Notes: generated by a model from the sequence alone, not told the origin. Positions 47,553 to 57,531 are shown, numbered from the stretch's first letter. The stretch is 64,000 nt of DNA from an uncultured Acidobacteriota bacterium (GCA_963714035.1 OY970224.1:2471753-2535752), one strand, 5' to 3'. Translations and numbers: made by a program.

Positions 47553-48401
47553 GTGCTCGTCACCGCTTCGATTCCCGAGCTGCGATCGGCGCTCGCGCCG
47601 CTCCGCCCGCGCGGCCCCGTCGGATTCGTGCCGACGATGGGAGCGCTCCACGAAGGGCACCTCTCGCTCGTCCGCATCGCGAAGGCCGAGGCGTCGGCCG
47701 TCGTCGTTTCGATCTTCGTCAACCCGCTCCAGTTCGCGCCCTCGGAAGACCTCGCGAAGTATCCGCGCCCGCTCGAGGCGGATCTCGACCTGCTCCGTCG
47801 AGAGGGGGTCGACGCCGTATTCACTCCCGCCGCCGCCGACTTCTACCGGGCGGATTTTTCGACGTCGGTCCACGTCGCCGGCGTCTCGGAGGGGGAAGAG
47901 GGCGCGGCACGGCCGGGTCACTTCGCGGGGGTCGCGACGGTCGTCGCCAAGCTCTTCCACGTCGTCGGTCCGGACGTCGCGGTGTTCGGCCGGAAGGACC
48001 TGCAGCAGGCGGCGGTCGTCCGGCGCATGATCGAGGACCTGGATTTCCCGATCCGGCTGATCGTCGCGCCGATCTCGCGGGAGGACGACGGCCTCGCCCG
48101 ATCGTCCCGGAACGTCTATCTCTCTTCCGACGAGCGCCGCCGCGCGGCGGGGCTTCCGCGCGCCCTCTTTTCGGCCGCGGAGCGGATCTCGGCGGGAGAG
48201 CCGATCGGCGCGGCAGAAGAGGGCGCGCGCCGCGAGCTCGAGGACGCGGGATTCGAGGTCGACTACGCGGAGGTCGTCGATCCCGCGACGATGCGGCGGA
48301 CCGCGGAGCCGCGGCCGGGGGCGGCGCTCGCCGCCGCCGTGCGTCTCGGGAAGATCCGCCTGCTCGACAACGTTTTGCTGGAAGGACAGGGACAGCCATG
48401 A
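47553..48401 (+). CDS. panC: pantoate-beta-alanine ligase
   Basis: [41 protein letters not shown]. Confidence 0.98.
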   Translation: MLVTASIPELRSALAPLRPRGPVGFVPTMGALHEGHLSLVRIAKAEASAVVVSIFVNPLQFAPSEDLAKYPRPLEADLDLLRREGVDAVFTPAAADFYRADFSTSVHVAGVSEGEEGAARPGHFAGVATVVAKLFHVVGPDVAVFGRKDLQQAAVVRRMIEDLDFPIRLIVAPISREDDGLARSSRNVYLSSDERRRAAGLPRALFSAAERISAGEPIGAAEEGARRELEDAGFEVDYAEVVDPATMRRTAEPRPGAALAAAVRLGKIRLLDNVLLEGQGQP

Positions 48402-48778
48402 AGAAAGAAGTGCTCCGGGGGAAGATCCACCGGGCGACGGTCACGCAGGCCGAGGTGGATTACGAGGGATCGATCGGGATCGACGCCGGGCTTCTGTCGG
48501 CGGCGGGCATCGAGGAATACGACCGCGTCGAGGTCTACGACGTGACGAACGGCTCGCGCTTCGCGACGTACGCGATCGAGGCGCCCGAAGGCTCGGGCAC
48601 CATCTCGGTCAACGGGGCCGCGGCGAGGCTCGTCCAGCCGGGCGATCTCGTCATCGTCGCGGCTTACGGGACCGTGGAAGTCGGCGAGCCGCGTCCGATG
48701 CCGGCGCTCGTCTTCGTCGATCGAAAGAACGCGATCGCCGAGGTCAAGGCACGCGAGCTCCAGGGAGTGAGTGCGTGA
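48398..48778 (+). CDS. panD: aspartate 1-decarboxylase
   Basis: [11 protein letters not shown]|SI cleavage site, [14 protein letters not shown]. Confidence 0.96.
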   Translation: MKKEVLRGKIHRATVTQAEVDYEGSIGIDAGLLSAAGIEEYDRVEVYDVTNGSRFATYAIEAPEGSGTISVNGAAARLVQPGDLVIVAAYGTVEVGEPRPMPALVFVDRKNAIAEVKARELQGVSA

Positions 48779-49587
48779 CGGCGACCTCGGAAGTCGCCGC
48801 CGAAACCGGAGCTCGGGAGGACGTCTTTCGCCTGGGAGGCCGCGATTTCCGCTCGCGCCTCATCGTGGGAACGGGAAAGTACTCCTCCTTCCCGCTCATG
48901 AAGGAGGCGCTCGTCGAGTCGGGCTCGGAGATCGTGACGGTCGCCGTCCGGCGCGTGAACCTGACCGACCGTACGAAGGAGTCGCTTCTCGACTGGCTGC
49001 CGGAGGGGATGACGATCCTTCCCAACACCGCCGGCTGCTACACCGCCGACGACGCCGTCCGGACGGCGCGGCTGGGGCGCGAGGTCGGGCTTTCCGACTG
49101 GGTCAAGCTCGAGGTCCTCGGCGACGAACAGACCCTTTTTCCGGACAACGATGAGCTCCTGAAGGCGACGCGGACCCTCGTCGCCGAGGGATTCACGGTT
49201 TTCCCGTATACCTCCGACGATCCGATCGTCTGCCGGAAGCTCGAGGATGCCGGCGCGGCGGCGGTCATGCCGCTCGGCGCCCCGATCGGTTCGGGGCTCG
49301 GTCTCCAGAATCCGAACAACATCTCGATCATCCTGGAACGGGCCTCCGTTCCCGTGATCGTCGACGCCGGTGTGGGAACCGCGTCGGATGCCTGTCTGGC
49401 GATGGAGCTCGGAGTGGCGGCCGTCCTCATGAACACGGGAATCGCCGGCGCGGACGATCCCGTTCGGATGGCTCGGGCGATGCGGGAGGGCGTTTCAGCG
49501 GGACGCAACGCCTTTCGTGCAGGCAGAATCCCGCGAAAACGTTACGCGACGGCTTCCTCGCCGGTCGAGGGCGTCCCCGGTAAGTAG
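48775..49587 (+). CDS. thiG: thiazole synthase
   Basis: [44 protein letters not shown]. Confidence 0.97.
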   Translation: MTATSEVAAETGAREDVFRLGGRDFRSRLIVGTGKYSSFPLMKEALVESGSEIVTVAVRRVNLTDRTKESLLDWLPEGMTILPNTAGCYTADDAVRTARLGREVGLSDWVKLEVLGDEQTLFPDNDELLKATRTLVAEGFTVFPYTSDDPIVCRKLEDAGAAAVMPLGAPIGSGLGLQNPNNISIILERASVPVIVDAGVGTASDACLAMELGVAAVLMNTGIAGADDPVRMARAMREGVSAGRNAFRAGRIPRKRYATASSPVEGVPGK

Positions 49588-49622
49588 TTCATTCTACGGT
49601 ACCTGACGGAGATCGCCCTGTC

Positions 49623-49646
49623 CCGGCCGCTCGGCCGGCTTTGTTG
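49623..49646 (+). terminator. candidate intrinsic terminator after thiG
   Basis: CCGGCC-gctc-GGCCGG then CTTTGTTG. Confidence 0.5.
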
Positions 49647-49675
49647 TTGCGCCTCTCCTCATTGTCTGTTAATGT
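49647..49675 (+). promoter_or_regulatory. sigma70 promoter giving a ~270-nt leader
   Basis: TTGCGC-17-TAATGT with an extended TGn. Confidence 0.65.
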
Positions 49676-49949
49676 TCTCCTGTCTAATAGCTAACCGAGC
49701 CAGAGCCACAACCGTGTATCACCCGATCGATTTCCGTCCTGAACAGTGAACGCCCTCCTCTCGCGCTCGGCGCAAGCTGTGTCTTTGAAAGGGGGTCGGT
49801 CGCAGTAGAAATCTGAGGGGCCAGGGATCGCCCCGCCGACCTCGAATCGAGACGGTCAATCTTCCCCTTCCGGCGCGTGGCGCCGGGTTGCTTCCAAAAA
49901 TTAACGTTATTTGGGGATCACGAATCCCCAGGAGTCACGAAGAGTCACC

Positions 49950-50252
49950 ATGAATCAGTTTACGGACAAGAACCTCACGTGCGTCGATTGCGGCGCCACC
50001 TTCCTTTTCTCGGCGGACGACCAGGAGTTCTACGCCCGCAAGGGTTTCACCAACGAGCCGAAGCGCTGCAAAGTGTGCCGCGACAAGCGTAAGACCGCCG
50101 GAGGAGACTCCCGCGAGCGCACGCTCTACACGGTCACTTGCGACGCGTGCGGAAAGCAGACCCAGGTGCCGTTCAACCCGACCAACGGGAAGCCGGTCTA
50201 CTGCCGCGACTGCTACCAGTCGCGTCGTCAGCCGCAATCTCAGGCCTACTGA
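49950..50252 (+). CDS. CxxC-x17-CxxC tandem zinc-ribbon protein
   Basis: DKNLTCVDCG..F.FS..DQEFY..KGF.NEPKRC..C and C..CGK.TQVPF.P..GKPVYCRDCY. Confidence 0.9.
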   Translation: MNQFTDKNLTCVDCGATFLFSADDQEFYARKGFTNEPKRCKVCRDKRKTAGGDSRERTLYTVTCDACGKQTQVPFNPTNGKPVYCRDCYQSRRQPQSQAY

Positions 50253-50275
50253 GTCGTTCTTTTTCGGGATTTATC

Positions 50276-50302
50276 AGCGGAGGGGCAACCCTCCGCTTTT
50301 TT
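50276..50302 (+). terminator. intrinsic terminator
   Basis: AGCGGAGGG-gcaa-CCCTCCGCT-TTTTT. Confidence 0.88.
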
Positions 50303-50306
50303 TATT

Positions 50307-50420
50307 GGCTGGCGCGGCGATCCATCGAGCGAATACGTGCGCGGGTCGCCCGCGCCGCCCTGCGACGTAGCCTCCGGCTGCGCCTCGGAACGTCGCGGGC
50401 GACCCGCATCCCGTCTCGCT
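50307..50420 (+). repeat. family-A repeat (A5)
   Basis: GCTGGCGCGGCGATCCATCGAGC...CGACGTAGCCTCCGGCTGCGCCTC...GCATCCCG..GCTCGCGCCTCGC. Confidence 0.75.
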
Positions 50421-50471
50421 CGCGCCTCGCCTCATCGTCGTGGCGCGTTTCCGTCGTTCGTCGTCGCGATC

Positions 50472-50580
50472 CGTCATTGCGGGCGGACCCGTCACGCCGA
50501 AGCCTTGGCGAAGGCGGAGCGAAGCCATCCCCGAGCCGTGGTCCTTGGAGATTGCTTCGTCGCTACGCTTCTCGCCGTGG
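50472..50580. repeat. family-B element with a family-D element nested in its left arm
   Basis: CGTCATTGCG..[CGCCGAAGCCTTGGCGAAGGCGG]..AGCGAAGCCATC...GAGATTGCTTCGTCGCTACGCTTCTCGC. Confidence 0.7.
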
Positions 50581-50664
50581 CGCCCGGGCGGGGTTGGTCC
50601 CTTCCCATCGACGAATGCGGCCCTTTCGGTTTCCCCCCCTCCCTGTTACGATTTCCGCCCTTTC

Positions 50665-51591
50665 ATGACCATCGCCTTCGCCTCGCGCACGTTCGATTCC
50701 GCCATCGACCTCGTCGGAAAAACGCCGATGGTGCGCCTCTCCCGCTTCGCGCCAGGGCTCGACCTGCGCGCCAAGCTCGAGTTCTTCAATCCGGCCGGCA
50801 GCGTGAAGGACCGGATCGCGAAATCGATGGTCGAGGACGCCGAGCGCCGAGGGCTCCTGAAACCGGGCGGCGTGATCGTCGAGCCGACTTCGGGCAACAC
50901 CGGGATCGGTCTCGCGATGATCGCGGCGGCGAAGGGGTACGAAACGATCCTCGTCGTCCCCGAGGGCTACGCCCACGGCAAGGTCAAGGTCATGAAGGGA
51001 CTGGGCGCGACGATCGTGCGGACGGACGAGTCGAAAGGGATGCGGGGCGCGATCGCGAAGGCCGAGGAGATCGTCGCGTCGCGTCCGGACGCGTTCATGC
51101 CCCAGCAGTTCCGGAATCCCGCCAATCCCGCCGCGCATTACGAGACGACGGGGCCCGAGATCGAGGAGCAGTGCGACGGGAAGATCGACGCGCTCGTGCT
51201 CGGCGTCGGCTCGACGGGAACGTTCGTCGGATGCTCCCGTTACCTCGGCGAGCGCCATCCCGGGATGCGGCGCGTCGCCGTGGAGCCGCAGGGCTCGATC
51301 CTGCAGGGGGGAGAGCCGGGAAAGCACGCGGTCGAGGGCGTGGGACTGTCGTTCTTCCCCGAGATCCTCGACCGGTCCCTGATCGACGAAGTGATCATGG
51401 TGTTCGACGACGAGGCGTTTTCCGCCTGTCGGGAGCTCGGCCGCACGGAAGGACTGCTCGTCGGCGGATCGTCGGGCGCGGCCGCGGCGGCTGCGCGAAA
51501 GGTCGCCCGCCGGCTCGGCCCCGACAAGACCGTGGTCACGCTTTTTCCGGACATCGCCGAGCGGTATCCGGAGCAAGGAATCCTCGAATGA
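50665..51591 (+). CDS. cysteine synthase/cystathionine beta-synthase family PLP enzyme
   Basis: KLEFFNPAGSVKDR, EPTSGNTG, QQF.NPAN, GVGSTGT, EGLLVGGSSG. Confidence 0.92.
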   Translation: MTIAFASRTFDSAIDLVGKTPMVRLSRFAPGLDLRAKLEFFNPAGSVKDRIAKSMVEDAERRGLLKPGGVIVEPTSGNTGIGLAMIAAAKGYETILVVPEGYAHGKVKVMKGLGATIVRTDESKGMRGAIAKAEEIVASRPDAFMPQQFRNPANPAAHYETTGPEIEEQCDGKIDALVLGVGSTGTFVGCSRYLGERHPGMRRVAVEPQGSILQGGEPGKHAVEGVGLSFFPEILDRSLIDEVIMVFDDEAFSACRELGRTEGLLVGGSSGAAAAAARKVARRLGPDKTVVTLFPDIAERYPEQGILE

Positions 51592-52760
51592 GCGGATTTT
51601 CGACCGACGCCATCCATGCCGGCAACGAGCCCGACCCGACGACGGGAGCGGTCTCGGTGCCGATCTACCAGACGTCCACCTACGTGCAGCCGGAGCTCGG
51701 CCGCCACAAGGGGTACGAGTACGCGCGGACGGGGAACCCGACGCGACGCGCGCTGGAGGAGAACCTCGCGGTCCTCGAGCGGGGCGCGGCGGGACGCTGC
51801 TTCGCCTCCGGAATGGCGGCGATCTCGGCGGTCGCGACGTTCGCGAAGGCGGGAGACCACGTCGTCGTTTCGGACAACACCTACGGGGGGACGTTCCGCC
51901 TCTACTCGAAGATCCTCGCGCACCTCGGCGTCGCGTTTTCGTTCGTCGATACGCGCGACCCGGAGAACGTCCGCCGGGCGATGCGCGACACGACGCGCTT
52001 CATCCATCTCGAGACCCCCACGAATCCGATGATGTCGCTCTGCGACATCGCGGCGATCGTAGAGATCGCGAAACAGCAGTCCGCGAAGATCGCGAAGGCG
52101 GACGGGCGAAACGTCCTCGTGGTCGTCGACAACACGTTCGCGACACCGTACTTCCAGCGGCCGCTCGAGCTCGGCGCCGACATCGTCGTCCACTCGACGA
52201 CGAAGTTCCTGAACGGCCACTCCGACTCGGTCGGGGGCGCGGCGATCTCGAAGACGAAGGAGCTCGACGAATGGCTCGGGTTCGTCCAGAACGCCGCCGG
52301 CGCGATCCTGTCGCCGTTCGACTCCTGGCTCGTGCTGCGCGGCGTCAAGACGCTCGCCGTCCGGATGGACCGGCACGAGGCCAACGGCCGCGCCGTGGCC
52401 GCGTTCCTCGACGCGGAGAAGAAGGTCCGGCGGGTCTATTACCCGGGCCTTTCGTCGCATCCGCAGCACGCGCTCGCGAAGTCGCAGATGAGCGGCTTCG
52501 GGGCGCTCATCTCCTTCGACGTCGGGAGCTACGAGAACGCGAAGGCGCTCCTCGACGCGGTCAGGATCTGCTCGCTCGGCGAGAGCCTCGGCGGCGTCGA
52601 GACGCTCATCTGCCACCCCGCGACGATGACGCACGCGTCGGTGCCCGAAGAGGACCGCGCGAAGCTCGGGATCACGCCGGGGCTGGTACGGATTTCTGTC
52701 GGGATCGAGGACGAAGAAGACCTACTTGCGGACCTGGGCCGGGCGCTTTCGGCCTTTTGA
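51588..52760 (+). CDS. cystathionine gamma-lyase/synthase family
   Basis: PIYQTSTY, YARTGNPTR, ETPTNP, DNTFATP, HSTTKFLNGHSD, SLGGVE. Confidence 0.95.
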   Translation: MSGFSTDAIHAGNEPDPTTGAVSVPIYQTSTYVQPELGRHKGYEYARTGNPTRRALEENLAVLERGAAGRCFASGMAAISAVATFAKAGDHVVVSDNTYGGTFRLYSKILAHLGVAFSFVDTRDPENVRRAMRDTTRFIHLETPTNPMMSLCDIAAIVEIAKQQSAKIAKADGRNVLVVVDNTFATPYFQRPLELGADIVVHSTTKFLNGHSDSVGGAAISKTKELDEWLGFVQNAAGAILSPFDSWLVLRGVKTLAVRMDRHEANGRAVAAFLDAEKKVRRVYYPGLSSHPQHALAKSQMSGFGALISFDVGSYENAKALLDAVRICSLGESLGGVETLICHPATMTHASVPEEDRAKLGITPGLVRISVGIEDEEDLLADLGRALSAF

Positions 52761-53147
52761 CCCTTTCGCCGGGGCGCGCCGCTTCGGCGCGGCGGCCGGC
52801 AACGTTTTCCGCCGTCTCCTCGGCTCTTCGGCGCCGTCGACGACCCACTGGCAGAACCGCGCGTCGGCGTTCCGGATCGAGAACGAGAGGATTTCGGGCA
52901 GCTCGTAGGAGTTGACCTCCCGGATCGTCGCCGCCGCGTCGTCGAAGCGCTTCGCGATCGTCTTGATGACGAGCAGATACTCGGTGTCCTCGCAGACCTT
53001 TCCCTTCCAGCGGTAGATCGAGCGGAGCGAGGGAACCATGTTCACGCAGACGGCGTGCCGTCGGTGGACGAGCGCCTCGGCGATGTCCAGCCCCTGCTCT
53101 TCGGTGCCGACCGAGGTCAGGATTACGACGATGTCGTCTCCGCGCAT
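52722..53147 (-). CDS. cutA: divalent-cation tolerance protein CutA
   Basis: CVNMVP...SIYRWKG.....E.LLVIKT, SYELPEI. Confidence 0.9.
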   Translation of the reverse strand: MRGDDIVVILTSVGTEEQGLDIAEALVHRRHAVCVNMVPSLRSIYRWKGKVCEDTEYLLVIKTIAKRFDDAAATIREVNSYELPEILSFSIRNADARFCQWVVDGAEEPRRRRKTLPAAAPKRRAPAKGSKGRKRPAQVRK

Positions 53148-53280
53148 ACCGGCACGTTAAGAGAAGGTCGGCGCGGCGTCAAGCTGTCGATGCGTCGGGT
53201 CGACCGCGGGTCGAGGAGCCGCTGGGGGCGCGACGTCCGGGCCTGAGAGACGCCGACGCTGCCGGAAGCCGTCGAAAGCG

Positions 53281-53404
53281 CGGCGAGACGCGAGCGAGAC
53301 GGGATGAGGGGCGGCCGCGAGATCCCGAGGCATACCGGGGGCGTATGTCGCAGGGTCTCGCGGCCGGCACTCGCCCGTATCGCTTGATGTATCGCCGCGC
53401 CTGC
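53281..53404 (-). repeat. family-A repeat (A6)
   Basis: Reverse complement GCAGGCGCGGCGATACATCAAGC...CGACATACGCCCCCGGTATGCCTC...CATCCCG..GCTCGCGTCTCGCC. Confidence 0.8.
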
Positions 53405-53426
53405 CTCCTGTTAGGATGCCGCTCCG

Positions 53427-54389
53427 ATGCGAATCCTTTCCGGAATCCAGCCCTCCGGCAAGCTCCACCTGGGCAACTACCTGGGGGCGATCCGGCAGCA
53501 CATCGAGCTGCAGGAAAGCGGCGACGCGTTCTATTTCATCGCCGACCTGCACGCCCTGACGACCGTGAAGGACCCGCGGCTCCTGCGCGAGAACGTCCGC
53601 GACGTCGCGCTCGATTACCTCGCGCTCGGGCTCGACCCCGCCCGCGCCGCCTTCTACAAGCAGTCGGACATTCACGAGATCCCGGAGCTGTCGTGGCTCC
53701 TGACGACGGTGACCTCGATGGGGCTCCTCGAGCGCTGCACGTCGTACAAGGACAAGATCGCGCGGGGACTTTCTCCCGATCACGGGCTCTTCTCGTACCC
53801 GGTCCTCATGGCCGCGGACATCCTGATCGTCGACGCCGACGTCGTTCCGGTCGGCAAGGACCAGAAGCAGCACGTCGAGGTCGCGCGCGACATCGCCGGA
53901 AGCTTCAACCACCTCTACGGCGAAGTGTTGAAGCTCCCCACGGATCGGATCCTTCCGGAGGCGGGCGTCGTTCCCGGGATCGACGGCCAGAAAATGTCGA
54001 AGTCCTACGGCAACGACATCGGGATCTTCCTCGAGGGCAAGGCGCTGAAGGAGCGGGTCATGGCGATCGTGACCGACTCCGCGCCGGTCGAGGCCCCGAA
54101 GGACCCCGACGCGAACAACGTCTTCAACCTCGTGAAGCTGTTCGCATCCCCCTCCGAGACGGCCGAATGGCGCGCCCGCTTCGCGGCCGGCGGCCTGAAG
54201 TATTCCGAGATCAAGAATCGGCTGATCGCGCTCCTCGACGAACGCTTCGGCGCGGCCCGCGAGCGGCGCAAGGAACTCGCGAAGGATCCGGCGTATGTGG
54301 ACGGCGTGCTGCGGAACGGCGCGGAAAAAGCGCGAAATGTCGCCGCGCGGACGCTTGCGCGGTGCCGAAAGGCCTGCGGCATCGATTGA
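53427..54389 (+). CDS. trpS: tryptophanyl-tRNA synthetase
   Basis: LSGIQPSG.LHLGN, YPVLMAADIL, VPVGKDQ.QH, KMSKS. Confidence 0.98.
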   Translation: MRILSGIQPSGKLHLGNYLGAIRQHIELQESGDAFYFIADLHALTTVKDPRLLRENVRDVALDYLALGLDPARAAFYKQSDIHEIPELSWLLTTVTSMGLLERCTSYKDKIARGLSPDHGLFSYPVLMAADILIVDADVVPVGKDQKQHVEVARDIAGSFNHLYGEVLKLPTDRILPEAGVVPGIDGQKMSKSYGNDIGIFLEGKALKERVMAIVTDSAPVEAPKDPDANNVFNLVKLFASPSETAEWRARFAAGGLKYSEIKNRLIALLDERFGAARERRKELAKDPAYVDGVLRNGAEKARNVAARTLARCRKACGID

Positions 54390-54410
54390 TTCGAAGCTCG
54401 GAAGCCGGGG

Positions 54411-54797
54411 CTACCGCGTTCCGGTCGGGACGATCGTCCCTTTTTCGACCATGAGGATCACCGTGCGCTGTGGCGCGCGGGGGCGATGCTCGACCTTCTT
54501 CGGCACGACGACACCCTGGCCCGGAGCGAGGTCGATCGTCCGCTCGGCGTCGCCTTCCCGGAAATCGACGAGGAGCCTCCCCTCGACGACGTAGAAAAAT
54601 TCGTCCTCGGTGTCGTGGTGGTGCCAGTGATATTCGCCCTCGACGACGCCGAGGCGCACGACCGAGTTGTCGACGCGGCAGAGCGTCTGGTTGTACCAGG
54701 CGTCGGTGCACGCGGCGGCGAGCGCCGCGACGTCGATCGTTTCGAGCGCCCCGAATTTCGGCTCGAGGTGAACGACGTAAGGACCGGGACTATCCAT
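54411..54797 (-). CDS. cupin-domain protein
   Basis: GEYHWHHH..EDEFFYVVEG, VVPK.VEHRP. Confidence 0.88.
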   Translation of the reverse strand: MDSPGPYVVHLEPKFGALETIDVAALAAACTDAWYNQTLCRVDNSVVRLGVVEGEYHWHHHDTEDEFFYVVEGRLLVDFREGDAERTIDLAPGQGVVVPKKVEHRPRAPQRTVILMVEKGTIVPTGTR

Positions 54798-54932
54798 GGG
54801 GACCTCCCGTTATTCGCGGAAGAAGCGTAACACCCGAACATTTCGTGTAGTATTATTTGATGAGCTCCCGCGCCGGCACGTTCGCACGCGCGGCGTGCCG
54901 TCCGGTGACCCCGCAACTCCGGCGCGACGTCT

Positions 54933-54968
54933 TGTCATTCCGAGGAGCGGGCGCGACGAGGAATCTCG
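54933..54968. repeat. family-B half element
   Basis: TGTCATTCCGAGGAGCGGGCGCGACGAGGAATCTCG. Confidence 0.65.
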
Positions 54969-55017
54969 GTCGAGTCTTCGGGGGAGCCCCTTCGACCCGG
55001 ACTTCGGCGAACCCTCC

Positions 55018-55566
55018 CTAGGAGCCCGCCGTGCGGCGGTAATCGAGAGACGCGAGCACCTTCCACCCGTCCCCGTCTTTCTCCTCGAGTTTCCAGGTGT
55101 AGAGGTCGTCGTTGGCGCGGACGACCTCGACCTTCAGATCGGCGGGCTTCCCGTCGAAATTTTGGGCGCGAAACGTGAGCTCCATCGTGTTCCCGGCGAC
55201 CCGGACGGGCCCCTCCGTGATCTCGTTGCCGGCGTCCATGTACCAGAAGGCGAGCGTCGAGCGGTCGGGGCTCCAGAAGAAGTTGCCGTCGTAGTTCTTG
55301 AGCGTCCCCTTCTCGGAAACGAAGTGGGTCGTGAATCGGATGTAGGCGTCGTTGTCGGCCCACGTGTAGCGGGTCTCGATCCGCTTCATCCCCGGACCGA
55401 GCTTCGAGGCGTCGGCGGTCCACGTTCCGCCGATGAGCCAGGCGAGCGGCGCGATCGGCCGGGGCGGCGGTTTCACCGGGGCCGCCTCTGCCGCGGCGGC
55501 TGTCCGGACGGCCATGAGTGCGGCGAGGATTCCGATCCGGGCGAGACGAGCTCGGGCGAGAGCCAT
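55018..55566 (-). CDS. exported beta-rich hypothetical protein
   Basis: AAGGAG SD, signal peptide, LAWLIGGTW calycin-like start. Confidence 0.7.
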   Translation of the reverse strand: MALARARLARIGILAALMAVRTAAAAEAAPVKPPPRPIAPLAWLIGGTWTADASKLGPGMKRIETRYTWADNDAYIRFTTHFVSEKGTLKNYDGNFFWSPDRSTLAFWYMDAGNEITEGPVRVAGNTMELTFRAQNFDGKPADLKVEVVRANDDLYTWKLEEKDGDGWKVLASLDYRRTAGS

Positions 55567-55578
55567 CGTTGTTCTCCT

Positions 55579-56229
55579 TCAGGAAGAAATTTCGGAAGCG
55601 GATGGGGTGCCGGCCCCGTCGGCCTGGTCGCCGAATGACGGCGCCGTCAGGAGACGAAAGTAATCGCGCAGATGCGCGACCGAGGCGTCGAACGGCGCGA
55701 GATCGCGGTGCGCGCGCGCCTGCATCACGCCTCCCTCCATCACGGTGAGGACGAACGTCGCGAGCGAATCGAAGTCGGTCCCGGCCGGAAACCGCGTGCG
55801 CGCGTCCTTCAGGCTCGCCGCGACCGCGGCGGTCCATCCCGCGAAGTTGTCGGCGAGCTTTCGATGCACCTCGGTCTGCTCGGGGGCGATCTCGAGCGCG
55901 AGCCGTCCGATCGGGCATCCGTAGGTGCAGCCGGTCGCGACGAGGTTTGCGCGATAGAACTCCAGGATTCCGAAAATCCGATCGATCGGGTCCGCGATTC
56001 TCTCGCGAACCGGCTCGACGATGACCGTGTCGAGGGAATCGACGTAGAGCTGCAGGACCGCGAGCAGAAGGTCCTCCTTTCGCTTGAAGAAGTGATAGAA
56101 GCTTCCCGCGTTCGTGCCGGACCCCTCCAGAATGTCGGCGATCGACGTCGACTCATACCCTTTCAGCCAAAAGAGATAGAGGGCGGCCTCGACCAGTTTT
56201 TCGCGAGTCGTTGTCCCGGGTAGTGGCAT
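55579..56229 (-). CDS. TetR/AcrR-family regulator
   Basis: TREKLVEAA..LF..KGY..TSI.DI....GSFYHFFK.KEDL; GCPIG. Confidence 0.93.
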   Translation of the reverse strand: MPLPGTTTREKLVEAALYLFWLKGYESTSIADILEGSGTNAGSFYHFFKRKEDLLLAVLQLYVDSLDTVIVEPVRERIADPIDRIFGILEFYRANLVATGCTYGCPIGRLALEIAPEQTEVHRKLADNFAGWTAAVAASLKDARTRFPAGTDFDSLATFVLTVMEGGVMQARAHRDLAPFDASVAHLRDYFRLLTAPSFGDQADGAGTPSASEISS

Positions 56230-56266
56230 AGTTGAGTATTCAACTAAGACCATGGGCCTTTGTCAA
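56229..56266 (-). promoter_or_regulatory. TetR operator palindrome with TTGACA -35
   Basis: TAGTTGAGTATTCAACTA (56229-56246) at the ATG; TTGACA at 56266-56261. Confidence 0.75.
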
Positions 56267-56314
56267 GCTCTTCGCTTGATCCCGCTTCCCGTTACGATCC
56301 CGACGGATGACGCG

Positions 56315-57001
56315 ATGAGGGTCTTGCTCTTCGGCGGGAGCGGCATGGTCGGCCAGGGCGTTCTGCGCGAATGCCTGGCCGACTCCGCGGTCGAAAGCGT
56401 TCTGTCGGTCGTCCGCCGCCCGACCGGCGCCGCGCACGCGAAGCTCGAGGAGCTCGTCCATCCGGACTTTCTCGATTTCTCGCCGGTTGCGGGACGACTG
56501 GCGGCCTGCGACGCCTGCTTCTTCTGTCTCGGCATCTCGTCGGCGGGGATGTCCGAGGCCGATTACCGTCGCACGACGTATGCGATCGCGCTCGCCGCGG
56601 CGACGGCGCTCGCGGCCCTCCATCCGGGGATGACGTTCATCTACGTCTCGGGCGCCGGCACGGATTCGAGCGAAAAGGGACGCTCCATGTGGGCGCGCGT
56701 CAAAGGAGCGACCGAGAACGCGATCCTCGCGCTGCCGCTTGCGGCCTTCATGTTCCGGCCGGCGATCATCGTCCCGATGCACGGCGTCGTGTCGAAGACG
56801 CGCTCGTACCGGATCTTCTATGCGACGCTCCGCCCGGCTCTTCCGATTCTGAGGGCGATCCTTCCCGGCTACGTCACGACGACCGAGGAGGTCGGCCGGG
56901 CGACGCTCGAAGTCGCCGAACGCGGAGCGAAAAAGAACATCCTCGAGAGTCGAGACATCCGGGAGCTCGGCCGGGCGCGGGCGGCGCGCGGCACGATCTA
57001 A
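56315..57001 (+). CDS. NAD(P)-binding Rossmann-fold protein (atypical SDR/epimerase)
   Basis: LFGGSGMVGQGV, CFFCLG.SS, YVSGAG, WARVKG.TEN, FRP. Confidence 0.85.
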   Translation: MRVLLFGGSGMVGQGVLRECLADSAVESVLSVVRRPTGAAHAKLEELVHPDFLDFSPVAGRLAACDACFFCLGISSAGMSEADYRRTTYAIALAAATALAALHPGMTFIYVSGAGTDSSEKGRSMWARVKGATENAILALPLAAFMFRPAIIVPMHGVVSKTRSYRIFYATLRPALPILRAILPGYVTTTEEVGRATLEVAERGAKKNILESRDIRELGRARAARGTI

Positions 57002-57531
57002 GTCGTGAGCTTCTCCGCGTACTTCTTTCGGAGCTTCGCGACCTTCGGCGAGATCACGGCCTGGCAGTAGGGCTGGTTCGGGTTCTGCTCGAAGTACCGC
57101 TGGTGGTAGTCCTCGGCGCCGTAGAACGTCTCCGCCGGAACGACCTCCGTGACGATCGGGGCGGGAAAGATCCCTTCCCGGCCGAGCTTCTCGATCATCG
57201 CGTCGGCGGCGGCTTTCTGGCCGGCGGAGCGGTAGAAGACCGCGGACCGGTACTGCGTGCCGACGTCTGCCCCCTGCCGATCCTTCGTCGTCGGATCGTG
57301 CAGCGAGAAAAAGATCTCGAGGAGCTCGTCGTAAGTGATGACCGCGGGATCGAACGTGATCTCGACCGCTTCGGCGTGGCCGGTCGTCCCGCTGCACACC
57401 TCGCGATAAGACGGGTCCTTGACCGAGCCTCCGGTGTAGCCCGACACCACCTTTTCGACGCCCCGGAGAGGTACAAAGACCGCCTCCATGCACCAGAAGC
57501 ATCCTCCGGCAAAGGTCGCGACTTCTTTCAT
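56998..57531 (-). CDS. msrA: peptide methionine-(S)-sulfoxide reductase
   Basis: GGCFWC, TGHAE, QG.DVGTQYRS, AEDYHQ.Y, YC. Confidence 0.97.
   Translation of the reverse strand: MKEVATFAGGCFWCMEAVFVPLRGVEKVVSGYTGGSVKDPSYREVCSGTTGHAEAVEITFDPAVITYDELLEIFFSLHDPTTKDRQGADVGTQYRSAVFYRSAGQKAAADAMIEKLGREGIFPAPIVTEVVPAETFYGAEDYHQRYFEQNPNQPYCQAVISPKVAKLRKKYAEKLTT

Noticed and set aside
54826-54862. GAAC-N7-GTAG as a LexA box upstream of the cupin gene
   Set aside because: Single imperfect match with no SOS-gene context
56998-57531. MsrA as a selenoprotein client of SelB
   Set aside because: The active site is ordinary GCFWC with no in-frame TGA
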